A stretch of 63,820 nucleotides of DNA, filler included, from Octopus bimaculoides (GCF_001194135.2; 7 parts of 6 records of this genome joined end to end with filler, not necessarily neighbours in it); one strand, 5' to 3'. Counted from the whole stretch's first letter, positions 1-12,969 are shown. A program made the numbers and translations. The notes: generated from the sequence alone by a model not told the origin.

Positions 1-194
1 TATATATATATATATGGGAGGCAAGAAAAAGTGCAAGTTGAAGCTTGAATGGTGGTGGTGATGATGGTGATAGTGGTGGTGGTGATGTGTATGTGTTTGT
101 ATGTATGTGTGTGCGTGTGTATGTGTGTGTGTGTGTGTGCTTAGTGGGCGGTGTATGCTATACACACAATAGGTCAAAGAGATCATTTTGCAAC

Positions 195-413
195 GTTATA
201 TTTTTCGTTTTAGTCGAACAAATCGACACCTTGTACTTATTCGTTGAATGAACCCCAGTGTCTCTTTTGCTCGACTACAGGGACATAAACTAACCAAAAC
301 CAGTTGTAAAGCAGTGGTGGTGGACAAGCCCAAACCTATGTGCACGCGTGTGTGTGAGAGTATGTATGCATAAGTATATGAGTGTGTACATATATATATA
401 TACTTATGTAAGT

Positions 414-452
<39 letters not shown>

Positions 453-680
453 TGTGTGTGTGNNNNNNNNNNAAAGTTTCAGCTCAGAGCTGCGGCCATG
501 CTGATGCACCACCGTGTTAAAATCCAAATATATATATATATATATACGATGGGCTTCCATTTGCCACAAATCCACTCATAAGGGCTTAGTCAGCCTGAGA
601 CTAATGCAGAAGACTTGCCAAAGGTATCGTGCAATGGGGCTGAACTGAAGATTTTGTGGTTGAGAAACAGATTTCTTACC
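195..680 (-). mobile_element. SINE family A, degenerate, spans a 10-N gap
   Basis: TTTTAGTCGAACAAATCGAC, GCGGCCATGCTG and AAATCCACTCATAAGGGCTT modules. Confidence 0.7.
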
Positions 681-2039
681 ACAAAGCCACATCTTCTCTT
701 ATATCTACAAAGAAATGATGGAAATATCTTGAATGGGTTTAGCCCTACCAAATGAGACAGAAAAGCTGAGTTTGGGTGTCCATCTTAAACACCATATTTG
801 TCCAATCGCTTTACAGTATTTATGGTAATAAACTTTATTCTTCAAAACTAAATCTTATTCGGAGGTTATACAAAGCGGTAGGTATGATGCATGTGGTTAA
901 GAACATCGCTTTGGAATTATATGGTTCTGTGTTCGATACTTTAGGGTAGAATAGATATACCTCCATACAAATGTTGATACACATATATATGCTGACATGC
1001 ACACACACACACACACACACATACACACACACAAACACACACATATATTCACATATGCATATACATATATGTATACGTATACATATATATGCATGTACAT
1101 ATTCACATAACTATATACATATGTATATATAATTATATACATATGTATATATGTATATATCTATACCTATATATATATGTGTGTGTATGTATGTGTGTAT
1201 GTATGTATGTATGTATGTATGTATGTGTGTATGTATGTATGTATGTATGTATGTATGTATGATGAATTTTTGTGGAATTTCTGTAGACTAAATCTCATGC
1301 ACAAGGTATTGGTCAACTTGACATTATGAACTTCCCTAGTGTGCCCGCATTTGGATGGAACCTATAACTGCACCTAACACAGACACGCTCGCACACACAC
1401 ACACACACACACACACATACATGCACACACCAATAGGTCGAACACTAATACGTTGTTGTACTTATTCCACCCTAGTGTCGCAAGACACAGACACTTCTTT
1501 GCCACCCTTCCTGGTGTCTGCAATACAATCAATCGATGTTCCATTGATAGAAACTCGCCGACGCTATTGTTCACAATATGCATGAGGTAAAATTAAAAAC
1601 ATAAATAAACAAACAAATAAATAAATAAATAACGATCACTAACGGATTCTCAGAGCGAAATGATCTTCGGTCTATGGTTTCAATTTCTAATTAATAATTC
1701 TCAATTAATTAGAAAATGAATTAATGTAAATATTAGTCATTGAATGCAAATAGTGTTATTCGTGCAAATAGTATAATTACAGCCCTGTATTGAATCGAGT
1801 GAGGTTCGCTTCAATTAGTAAGACATACAATAGGTTATCTCCGACCCGACCATAACCATCGCCACAGTAAATTCAATACAGACACAGGAGGAAAGTAAAT
1901 GGAAAACCAACAGGTTTGATATTGTTGTTACTGCACTCTTTATTAAATGTTAATATCTTGGAGAACGATCTTGTACGTTAGACTTCAATGTCCGAATCGG
2001 AAATTTGTTTTCTATATACGTAATATCTGTCTGTGTGTG

Positions 2040-2294
2040 TGTGCGTGTGCGCGCGCTGTTGTGTGTTTATATATATTTGTGTATGTGTGTGCGTGTTGTC
2101 TGTGTGTATATATATGTGTGTGTGTGTGTGTGTGCGCGTGCGTGCGCGTGTTGTGTGTTTATATATATTTGTGTATGTGTGTGTGTGTGCGTGTTGTCTG
2201 TGTGTATATATATGTGTGTGTGTGTGTGTGCGTGTGCGTGCGCGTGTTGTGTGTTTATATATATTTGTGTATGTGTGTGCGTATGCGTGTTGTC

Positions 2295-2310
<16 letters not shown>
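2040..2310. repeat. Higher-order tandem repeat of compound microsatellite (3 units of about 91-97 bp)
   Basis: GTTGTGTGTTTATATATATTTGTGTATGTGTG recurs near 2058, 2149 and 2246. Confidence 0.85.
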
Positions 2311-2344
<34 letters not shown>

Positions 2345-2625
2345 CGTGTGCGTATTTATTTATTAGGTATAACATTCATTCATTCTTTCATTCTTTCATA
2401 TACAGTTTACCACCTGTATTAAGGCAAGGAACAAACCCTGAGAGGATCTGAAGGAAAATTTGCTTTCATCGGATCAGTCTACTCTGTGAAATCTCGCGTG
2501 AGTCAAGATAAATTAAGGAAAAAACGAGACCAGTTTCCTTTTAATTTATGGCGGAACTGTATTGACAAAGGAACGTAACTCTAAAGTACTCGGCTATACT
2601 CACTTACCTTGTATTGTATTTTATA

Positions 2626-3078
2626 CTCTTTCAGTCATTGGACGGCGGCCATGCTGGGGCAAAGTCTTAAGGCTATAGTCGAACGAATCGACCACAGTGT
2701 TTATTTCTTTTAAGCCTGGTACGTATTCCATTGGGGTCTTTTGCCGAACCGTTAAGTTACGGGGACTCAAATGAAAAAACAAAGGCAATACCAGTTGTCA
2801 ATCAGTAGCAGAGTACTCATACAAAGATACACGCACACACACATACATATGTACATATATATATATACACATATACATATATCTGCACATACACATACAC
2901 ACATACATACACACATACATACACACACACACACACATACATACATATGACGGACGTCCTTCGGTTTCCATCGCCAAATCCATTCACAAGGGATATAGTA
3001 GAAGACAGGGTACTGTGCAGTGGGACTGAACCCAAGACTTCATGGTCGAGAAGCAATCTCCTCAACCACGTCTGCGCC
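2626..3078 (-). mobile_element. tRNA-derived SINE family A (CORE-like), bipartite around a central microsatellite
   Basis: Minus-strand head GGCGCAGACGTGGTTGAGGAGATTGC...GGTTCAGTCCC; 3' module ...TTGCCCCAGCATGGCCGCCGTCCAATGACTGAAA. Many homologous copies in the window. Confidence 0.85.
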
Positions 3079-3277
3079 TATGTATGAGAATGAAACCAAA
3101 TGTCGAAATTAATCTAAAAACTGTTCTGAAAATTATTCTAGACAATGTAATGACCGTAACGTTTAGTCTGGGTGCATCAACTCATAATCAGAGGGAAGAG
3201 GGTGATAGTGTTTGAATGAAAGTATCCTGGTTTAAATCCACAAACAGAATGGGACACAAGAAGTAATGAATAATAAA

Positions 3278-3494
3278 GGCGGTGAGCTGGCAGAACCGTT
3301 AGCAGGCCGGGCGAAATGCTTAGCGTATTTCGTCTGTCTTTATGTTCTGAGTTCAAATTCCGCCGAGGTCGACTTTGCCTTTCATCCTTTTGGGGTCGAT
3401 AAATTAAGTACCAGTTGCGTCCTGGGGTCGATCTAATCGACTGATCCCTCCACCAAAATTTCGGGCCTTGTGCCTAGAATAGAAAAGAATAATA
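3278..3494 (+). mobile_element. tRNA-derived SINE family B, young copy
   Basis: GGCGGTGAGCTGGCAGAACCGTTAGC (A-box-like), GAGTTCAAATTCC (B-box), tail GGCCTTGTGCCTAGAATAGAAAAGAATAAT. Confidence 0.85.
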
Positions 3495-4203
3495 AAGGAG
3501 GAATTTGAGAAGAGAAAAGTAACTACGGCGGAATATAATGGAAGACAAAGGAAGGAAGGAAAGAAGAAGAAGAAGAAGAAGAAGAAGGGAAGGGGATAGA
3601 GTAAAAGAAAGAAGAATGGAATGTGTAAGAAGACCTTTAGAGCAAGGTGATTTTCGAATGTATTTTGCAGTCCAGATGCTATGCTTTCCAGTTTGCAAGA
3701 ATGAACTTGTCCACGTGAAGGCATCTAATGAATACGTCAGTTTTATAGTTAAAGCAGATATTAAAATCTTTGGGAATTTTTTTAGAATCATGCCCTCTCA
3801 GATACTCAAAGTTTGCACCTTTTGGTGTCATTAATATATGCCTTTAACTCCTCGAGAACTCTCCAATGGATATATTTGACATGTATGTATTTTAAAGATT
3901 ACCTCTGGCCTTCTAATCTCACGGTTGTCCTCTTGTTTATACCAAAAATGGTGACATATGGTGGTACAACTGTTATTTAAATCGATCTTCTATCATACGG
4001 ATAACATATTTTCTCCATTATTTTATGCAGCACGATTGAGATAGTTTCTGCCTTATTGACTGAATGTCGAATACTCGGTCTAAGAGGCATTTTTTTTTTC
4101 TTCATAAACCTCCTGAGACTAGAATTGGCATGAATTTAGATGTTATTAATGATTTTAGGTTTGGAATGCAGGAGTATCTTTTATCTTTTATCTTTTATCT
4201 TTT

Positions 4204-4501
4204 ATCTTTAACTTGTTTCAGTCGTAAGACTGCGGCCTTGCTGGAGCGCCGGCTTGAAGAATTTTTAGTCGAAAGAATCAAACCCAGTACATTTTTTTTG
4301 CTATTGCCAGACCACGAAGTTACAGAGACGTAAACACACACACACACACACACACAGACACACNNNNNNNNNNNNNNNNNNNNNNNNNNNNNNNNNNNNN
4401 NNNNNNNNNNNNNNNNNNNNNNNNNNNNNNNNNNNNNNNNNNNNNNNNNNNNNNNNNNNNNNNNNNNNNNNNNNNNNNNNNNNNNNNNNNNNNNNNNNNN
4501 N

Positions 4502-4535
<34 letters not shown>

Positions 4536-4697
4536 GACGGGTTTCTTCCAGTTTCTGTCTACCAAATTCACTCACAAGGCTTTGGGCGGCTCGAGATTAG
4601 AGTAGAAGACACTTACCCAAGGTGCTACGTAGTGGGACTGAACCCTGAACCATGTGGCTAGGAAGCCAGCTTCTTACCACACGGTTATGCCTGCGTC
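4204..4697 (-). mobile_element. SINE family A, near full length
   Basis: ACTTGTTTCAGTC...GCGGCC...CACTTACCCAAGGTGC...GGGACTGAACCC...CTTCTTACCACACGG. Confidence 0.85.
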
Positions 4698-6222
4698 TGT
4701 GTAACTGATTTTTCATTGTTCGCTGGTTGAAGATGCTATTGTAATGGTTTGATTTATTTGTAATATTGTTCAAATGCTTGACTAGAAGGGCCAGAAATTT
4801 TCCACCTACCTTAGTCTTAACGTTTGAAATAAACTGGATAAGAACTAGATTATTTTCATGGGCCTATTGCATGGTTGGGGTATAAACGATCTGTTCTTTG
4901 AAGCCACCATTTAGTGGGAAGTGGCCTGCTACACACGCAGACTGCCTTGGGTTTTTGAAAATACGAGGATGGTAGCAAGATAGTCTGTTAATGTGCCTTA
5001 ATTGCACATTGGGTTTGTGGAAGAGCTTCGGAGAACATGCATTGGTACAATATCTAAAAATTGCATGCACTATATATGTGTGTATGTGTGCGTATACATG
5101 AATCACTGAGAGAGAGAGAGAGACCCCATTCCCATGTCTCGGTGACTCAACACTCAAAGTTTCATGATTCCGTTCCATCGGGCGACTGGTAACAACTCAG
5201 CGCGAATTCTATTCATAGCAAAATCATTTTCATCCATAAGTTGGGGCAATGTTCGTACCACATTCACTCATAACAAACAGAACTGGTTTAGATTTAATTA
5301 CAAATAAATAAATAGCTATATAAATATTTAAGAAAACTACAAAAGACACAGGATTGTGATAGAAAATGGTGCTCGATATAAATAGCAATGGAAAAGAATA
5401 ATAGTAGAGGTGTTGGCTTGGATGGGCTGCATTTCTGATAGTCTTCTATGCGGATGTGTCTATGTGTATGTGTTTATGTGTTCGCACGCGTGAGTGTAAG
5501 AGAGAGTGCTGCGGAAGAGATTGACAGAGAGACAGACGGAGATGGAGGAAAAGACATATAAAGAGGTATATTGGTAGAGAGGGCATTGGACAGAGTTACA
5601 GATAGTGAGAAGGATATATGTGTACATATGTGAGTGTGCGCGCGTAAATGTGTGTGTCTATTTATATATAAATATATATATACATACATACATACATACA
5701 TACATACATGTACATATTTATATATATAATATACGTACATATATATACATATAAATACACACACACACATACACACAAGCACACACACACGTATACGCAC
5801 ACATACAGCCTGGCAGACAGGTCGCTTGAGCGAGCCAGTGATAGATAGACAGACAGACAGACAGATATAAAGGACATAAAAATAGGAGGAAAAGCGGAGT
5901 AGGAAAGGAGAGCTTCTTTCCGTACCTAATGGAAAACGGCGATTTAGAATGTGTAATGGAATTAAAAGCTATGAACTTTGACCTTGTCGCTAGGCAACGA
6001 AGCTGATGATAATTAACGAAACACAGTGGGAGGGAGAGACTGTACTAATGAGAAATTAATTAAATTGGATAAGACATCGCTTTACATTGCCGCTTAAATC
6101 AATAATTCATTGGAGCAGCCGACATTTTATAACTGACAGTCAGGCAAAGCAGTCAGTAAGGCAAGCAGGCGGGAACGCCGTTCTTCTCAATGAATACGTT
6201 CCCATTCTGTATGTATGCATGC

Positions 6223-6269
<47 letters not shown>

Positions 6270-7643
6270 NNNNNNNNNNNNNNNNNNNNNNNNNNNNNNN
6301 NNNNNNNNNNNNNNNNNNNNNNNNNNNNNNNNNNNNNNNNNNNNNNNNNNNNNNNNNNNNNNNNNNNNNNNNNNNNNNNNNNNNNNNNNNNNNNNNNNNN
6401 NNNNNNNNNNNNNNNNNNNNNNNNNNNNNNNNNNNNNNNNNNNNNNNNNNNNNNNNNNNNNNNNNNNNNNNNNNNNNNNNNNNNNNNNNNNNNNNNNNNN
6501 NNNNNNNNNNNNNNNNNNNNNNNNNNNNNNNNNNNNNNNNNNNNNNNNNNNNNNNNNNNNNNNNNNNNNNNNNNNNNNNNNNNNNNNNNNNNNNNNNNNN
6601 NNNNNNNNNNNNNNNNNNNNNNNNNNNNNNNNNNNNNNNNNNNNNNNNNNNNNNNNNNNNNNNNNNNNNNNNNNNNNNNNNNNNNNNNNNNNNNNNNNNN
6701 NNNNNNNNNNNNNNNNNNNNNNNNNNNNNNNNNNNNNNNNNNNNNNNNNNNNNNNNNNNNNNNNNNNNNNNNNNNNNNNNNNNNNNNNNNNNNNNNNNNN
6801 NNNNNNNNNNNNNNNNNNNNNNNNNNNNNNNNNNNNNNNNNNNNNNNNNNNNNNNNNNNNNNNNNNNNNNNNNNNNNNNNNNNNNNNNNNNNNNNNNNNN
6901 NNNNNNNNNNNNNNNNNNNNNNNNNNNNNNNNNNNNNNNNNNNNNNNNNNNNNNNNNNNNNNNNNNNNNNNNNNNNNNNNNNNNNNNNNNNNNNNNNNNN
7001 NNNNNNNNNNNNNNNNNNNNNNNNNNNNNNNNNNNNNNNNNNNNNNNNNNNNNNNNNNNNNNNNNNNNNNNNNTATATACAGGACGTCAACAACAGTAAA
7101 CAACATGAAATACGAAAACACTGTTTTCTCCCTCATTTTTCTCCTCTCCACCGTTTTCTATCTATCTCGCTCTCTCCCTTTCTCTTTTTCTCTTTCTCGT
7201 TGCTCACGCGTGACCATCGTCCATCTTTCTTTTCCTTCAGGACTGTCCTAAAGTCTGGATGTATTCTACCTCTCTCTTCTATCTTTTCTCTTTTCAAAGA
7301 AAATATTTCTCCAGCATTTGCTATTTTACCCTCGTTCTGGTCTAACGACCCTCCATGTATTTTTGTCGTTCGGTTTCCTTGTATGTCTCCACTGTCCTGT
7401 TTTTGTTCCCAGCTTTGACCTTCCATAAATCCAAAATTTTATTTTGGTACTTATGAGAGCAGCTGTCTTGTCTTATGAGAGCAGCTGTCTTGTCGTTCAA
7501 TGCTCCAAATGAGGAGTAGATAGACAACCGACAACTGATGGAGGGTCGTTCTTTATGTTACTTGTCCTGTTTTCCATTTATTTCTCTCGTTGTTTTCGTA
7601 TTTCATGTTTTTACAGTTGGTGACGTCCCGTACCCATATATGC

Positions 7644-7678
<35 letters not shown>

Positions 7679-7780
7679 TGTATGTATTATGTAAGTATGT
7701 ATGTATGTATGTATAATGATAAGGAGAACAGAGATTTTTCACATCCATAATTTTATTTAAAAGTTATTTACAGTATCTTT

Positions 7781-7863
7781 ACCTTCACGTGTTTCGACTG
7801 CAGCGACTGCACATTGTTTGGATATGCACCTTAGCATCATGGCCGGTGCAGTTTCATCAGGGT
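7781..7863 (-). ncRNA. Degenerate minimal hammerhead ribozyme motif
   Basis: ACC-CTGATGA-A-ACTGCA...TGCAGT-C-GAAAC-ACGT-GAA-GGT. Confidence 0.55.
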
Positions 7864-8084
7864 CCTCCCCCTCTGCTGTTTCGAAGTACTTACTCTACGG
7901 AAAATATGTAGTCCTCAATAGCAAAGTTGGATTTACCCAGTGAGAAAAGTTATCCGAGCTACACAACTTACTGTTAGCTTGGGTACTAAATAAGGACCGT
8001 TGTGGTTATCCGGCATCTGAAACCGACTTGAGTGGAAATACGGTAACCCCCAGGATAACATATCCTTTTAAACTCATTTTGAAT

Positions 8085-8123
<39 letters not shown>

Positions 8124-8169
8124 ACGTGTAAGTATGTATGTATGTATGTATGCATGTATGTGTGTATGC

Positions 8170-8395
8170 ACGTGTGTGTGTCATTGTCCTTGTGTTTGTC
8201 TTTCATTGCCACTTGAGAACCGGTGTTGGTGTGTTTAAGTCCTCGTAATTCAACGGTTCGTCAAAAGAAGCCGATTGAATAAATATCTGGCTTTAAATGA
8301 AAACAAGTACTGGGGTCTGTCAGTTCGACTAAAATTCCTCAAGGTGGTGCTCCAACGTGGCCGCAGTCTAATGACTGAAACAAGTAAAAGAAATA
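8170..8395 (+). mobile_element. SINE family A 3' module
   Basis: GACAACCGG-like start, ending GTGGCCGCAGTCTAATGACTGAAACAAGTAAAAG. Confidence 0.8.
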
Positions 8396-8399
8396 ATTA

Positions 8400-9106
8400 G
8401 CTTGAAATGTTGGCACAAGGACAGCAATTTTATAGGAAGGATAAGACGATTATATCGGCCCACAGTAGTCAACTGGTACATATATCGAAGACAGAGTTCA
8501 CCTCGGCCTAATTTGAACTCAAAACATGAAGACGGACGCAATACCGCTAAGCATTTTGCTTGGCGTACTAACGATTGCTCCAGCTCGCCGCCTTACTTAT
8601 TACACAAATACTGGTTTACAATTTTGGCACAAGGCCAGCAATTTCGAGAGAGACTGTAAGTCGATTACGTCAACCCCAGTGTTGACGTAATCGAAGGTAG
8701 AGTCGATCTCGGCATAAATTGAACTCCGAACATAAAGATTGACACAATACTTTGTCGGTCACGCTAACGATTCTGCCAGCTCGCCGTATGAATAAATATA
8801 TTTAAATTTTATTACAAATGCCATTTTAAAAAAATACCTATCTTTTCTCTTTTACTCAGTCTCTGGAATTATTTTTTAAAGTCTGGTACTTATTCTTTTC
8901 TACTCTGGGCACAAGGCCCGAAATTTTGGGGTAGGGGGCCAGTCGATTGGATCAACCCCAGTACGCAACAAGTACTTAATTTATCGACCCTGAAGGGATG
9001 AAAGACAAAGTCGAACTCGGTGGAATTTGAACTCAGAACGTAAAGACAGACGAAATACCGCTAAGCATTTCGCCCGGCGTGCTAACGTTTCTCCCAGCTC
9101 ACCGCC
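8400..9106 (-). mobile_element. Three consecutive SINE family B copies (about 8400-8590, 8610-8790, 8892-9106)
   Basis: Each shows TGGCACAAGG...TTTGAACTC...GCTAACG..CAGCTC(G/A)CCG. Confidence 0.85.
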
Positions 9107-9239
9107 CTAATCTGATACTTATTCTATCAGTCTGCTAAGTGGCGAAAATTGGTTGTCAAGAATGGTGAAGGACAAACACAAAGAACCACCCACTCNNNNN
9201 NNNNNNNNNNNNNNNNNNNNNNNNNNNNNNNNNNNNNNN

Positions 9240-9251
9240 TTAATTAATTAA
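9240..9251. other. Assembly spacer TTAATTAATTAA inside a 100-nt gap (also 20442, 26899, 43881, 48260, 56868)
   Basis: An identical 12-mer with 44 N on each side, seen six times; it carries stop codons in all six frames. Confidence 0.95.
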
Positions 9252-9836
9252 NNNNNNNNNNNNNNNNNNNNNNNNNNNNNNNNNNNNNNNNNNNNTATAT
9301 ATATATATATATGCATATATATATATATATGTATATATATATGTGTATATATATATACACATATGTGTGTGTGTATATATATGTGTGTGTGTATGTATGT
9401 ATATGTAATCTAACCATGAAGACTGAAAATGAATTTAGAACATCTCTATTTCTAGTTACAATTGCTGCGGTAGCACTCTGCTTCTAATACCATTGCACGT
9501 AAGAGAATTCACGTAAAATACTATGCTAAATTTGCAGTTGATTATATTGGAGTGTCTATTCATCATACTTACATACCCCTATTTACATTTAAACATGGAA
9601 TAGAGTCGTTTGTGTACCGTTATGATATACTACAGACCAGTATTCTCCTTCAGACGCATCTTTTAGCCAGAGCTCATAGCGAACGGTTTGCTTAGCCATT
9701 ATTTGATATTGCCGTCTAACTATTCCTGAATCTACCTCTCTTATTCACCACCAATCCACCCAAAATATTTGAAAGACACCAGACCTTGCCCATTTTTCAT
9801 ATCATCAAAACTTCCATTACTGTACCGTTCTGACAG

Positions 9837-9944
9837 GGATTACAGGAAGACCAATGAGATGCAAAAGGATTTTGAGTCACAGATATTAAATACAGAGAAT
9901 GTAGTTAGAGATTCTGCACGAAACAACATACTGTTGTTCAGAAG
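9837..9944 (+). CDS. Candidate 108-nt symmetric exon
   Basis: CCGTTCTGACAG | ...CAGAAG | GTAATT; DYRKTNEMQKDFESQILNTENVVRDSARNNILLFR. Confidence 0.25.
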
Positions 9945-10110
9945 GTAATTTCAAATATTAATACGTCAAAATCCAAACTCTTCAAAGTACTATAGATAAA
10001 TTAACTATATACATACTCATGCACACCAATACGCATATATATATACACGTGTATAGTCTGTGATCATGTAAGTATATATATATATATGAGTGTGTGTGTG
10101 TGTGTGTATG

Positions 10111-10147
<37 letters not shown>

Positions 10148-10213
10148 AATAAAATGAGACAACAAAGCCAAAACTGTGTGGAACTTATAAGACATTTATA
10201 AAGAGAAAGTTAG

Positions 10214-10256
10214 CCTTACAGCTGTTTCTGGGATAGGGATATCCCTTCATCACAAA
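10214..10256 (-). ncRNA. Degenerate minimal hammerhead ribozyme motif
   Basis: GTGATGA-A-GGGATA(TCCC)TATCCC-A-GAAAC-AGCT-GTA. Confidence 0.55.
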
Positions 10257-11055
10257 CGATATGAGAGAGTTAACTAGAGAGCAATAGTAAAGGTTAATAT
10301 AAGGAGTTAACAAGAGGGAAATAGTATATATATGCTTACACACATATACGCTCCTAGTTATTTATATAAGTAAGTCTGTATACATATGCATATCTGTGTG
10401 CGTGCATACACAGGCACATACACACACTCACATATATATATAGTTCAAATTTATATAGAAACAAAAGACTAAGACGAGTGGAGGGTAAACAACGACGTGT
10501 TATAGTTTCAGGCTGGGGAAAATAGAAAAGCCTTTTACGTTTCGAGCCTGGAGGAAATAAATAGAGAAAGGAGAAAAAATAAACGTGCATATATTTATGT
10601 ATGTACTTATATACATTTATATAGGTACATGCAGTTATATACGATTTTGCATAGATTTTAATGGATGTGGTAATTATAGAGAAATATACAAATTATTACA
10701 CTCATAATCATCTACACATTTTCATATATATGCATACACACACATGCACATACATATACATAAAAAGCATAAATATGCACTCACCCATAAATATATATAT
10801 ATATACATGCATATTAGGAGTATGTGTGTCTTTGTGTGTGTATGTGTGTGTATTTATACATGATACAGGAGAGTAATTATAAATTTAAACGACATTTATG
10901 GTTTAGTTGATTTGTTGCTCAAATGTTGGTATCAAATATTTCTTGTCGGTGTTCACATTTTGGCAACTTTGACCTATCCACCTCCATCATAAACTTATAC
11001 ACTAACACACGAGTAGATGTATTTCAATTTATTCCATAACACACATACGCACACA

Positions 11056-11089
<34 letters not shown>

Positions 11090-11188
11090 AAAATACACAC
11101 GCACTTGAATATATACATACATATATGCATACACATATATGTATGTGAATATATAAACATTTATATATATATATACTTATATATACAT

Positions 11189-11280
<92 letters not shown>

Positions 11281-11695
11281 NNNNNNNNNNNNNNNNNNNN
11301 NNNNNNNNNNNNNNNNNNNNNNNNNNNNNNNNNNNNNNNNNNNNNNNNNNNNNNNNNNNNNNNNNNNNNNNNNNNNNNNNNNNNNNNNNNNNNNNNNNNN
11401 NNNNNNNNNNNNNNNNNNNNNNNNNNNNNNNNNNNNNNNNNNNNNNNNNNNNNNNNNNNNNNNNNNNNNNNNNNNNNNNNNNNNNNNNNNNNNNNNNNNN
11501 NNNNNNNNNNNNNNNNNNNNNNNNNNNNNNNNNNNNNNNNNNNNNNNNNNNNNNNNNNNNNNNNNNNNNNNNNNNNNNNNNNNNNNNNNNNNNNNNNNNN
11601 NNNNNNNNNNNNNNNNNNNNNNNNNNNNNNNNNNNNNNNNNNNNNNNNNNNNNNNNNNNNNNATATACACACATACAAATACACATTTGACTCAC

Positions 11696-11766
11696 GTACA
11701 ACAATAAAAGGACATCCATCCCGATTCTGAACATGCATCCATATACAGAGTTCCATGTATCCGAAG
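11696..11766 (-). CDS. Candidate 71-nt exon
   Basis: CTAAC branch point, TGCATTTCAACAG acceptor and C|GTGAGT donor, in a unique island between microsatellites; all frames open. Confidence 0.3.
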
Positions 11767-12223
11767 CTGTTGAAATGCAGACGTTAGTGCTGTATTTGTG
11801 TATATTTACTAGCTTGCGGAATAAACGTTAAGACATTTCGGCTACTTATGCCTTTTATTACGCATTCACACGCGCGCGCACGTACACACTCACACACACA
11901 CACACACACACGCACACCCATACATACACACACACACTTACACACACACATACGCACACACAAACACACAGACAGAACAAATGCAACTCACCCACGAAAG
12001 TACTCAGGCATGCGTATATGCAGAATGAGTGAGTGGCATGGAGAGAGCGAGAGTTAAAAACGAGGTTATAAAATACGAGAATATTGATTAACGTCAAATG
12101 GCGAATAACAGTTTTAATATCATACATCAAAATACTCAAACATACATATGTAGAGATAAACATACAAATATATATATATGTATGTTTACATATGTACACA
12201 CACAAACACATATATGTATATCC

Positions 12224-12279
<56 letters not shown>

Positions 12280-12753
12280 NNNNNNNNNNNNNNNNNNNNN
12301 NNNNNNNNNNNNNNNNNNNNNNNNNNNNNNNNNNNNNNNNNNNNNNNNNNNNNNNNNNNNNNNNNNNNNNNNNNNNNNNNNNNNNNNNNNNNNNNNNNNN
12401 NNNNNNNNNNNNNNNNNNNNNNNNNNNNNNNNNNNNNNNNNNNNNNNNNNNNNNNNNNNNNNNNNNNNNNNNNNNNNNNNNNNNNNNNNNNNNNNNNNNN
12501 NNNNNNNNNNNNNNNNNNNNNNNNNNNNNNNNNNNNNNNNNNNNNNNNNNNNNNNNNNNNNNNNNNNNNNNNNNNNNNNNNNNNNNNNNNNNNNNNNNNN
12601 NNNNNNNNNNNNNNNNNNNNNNNNNNNNNNNNNNNNNNNNNNNNNNNNNNNNNNNNNNNNNNNNNNNNNNNNNNNNNNNNNNNNNNNNNNNNNNNNNNNN
12701 NNNNNNNNNNNNNNNNNNNNNNNNNNNNNNNNNNNNNNNNNNNNNNNNNNNNN

Positions 12754-12792
<39 letters not shown>

Positions 12793-12905
12793 ACATGAAC
12801 ACCACCGTTAGTACCACAACTAACAATAGCAACAACACGCAATAAAACAGCAATGCCACTTTCAACCCTGCCCCTGCTGCTGCTACTACTACTACAACAT
12901 TTACA

Positions 12906-12969
<64 letters not shown>

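Noticed and set aside
2600-2625. Strong minus-strand donor AAG|GTAAGT
   Set aside because: The upstream sequence is only a SINE tail, with no acceptor or open frame to support an exon.
6009-6040. CTGATGATAATTAACGAAACACAGTG hammerhead-like string
   Set aside because: No stem I or II pairing, and G at the cleavage position; likely chance. The weak motifs near 30045 and 32033 were rejected for the same reason.
9240-9251. TTAATTAATTAA palindrome recurring six times as isolated islands
   Set aside because: It is always centred in exactly 100 nt (44 N + 12 + 44 N) and has stops in all six frames, so it is a scaffolding spacer, not biology.
9590-9745. Minus-strand 51-codon open stretch IREVDSG...TTLFHV
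   Set aside because: No acceptor tract or start codon context, and no recognisable homology; within chance expectation.
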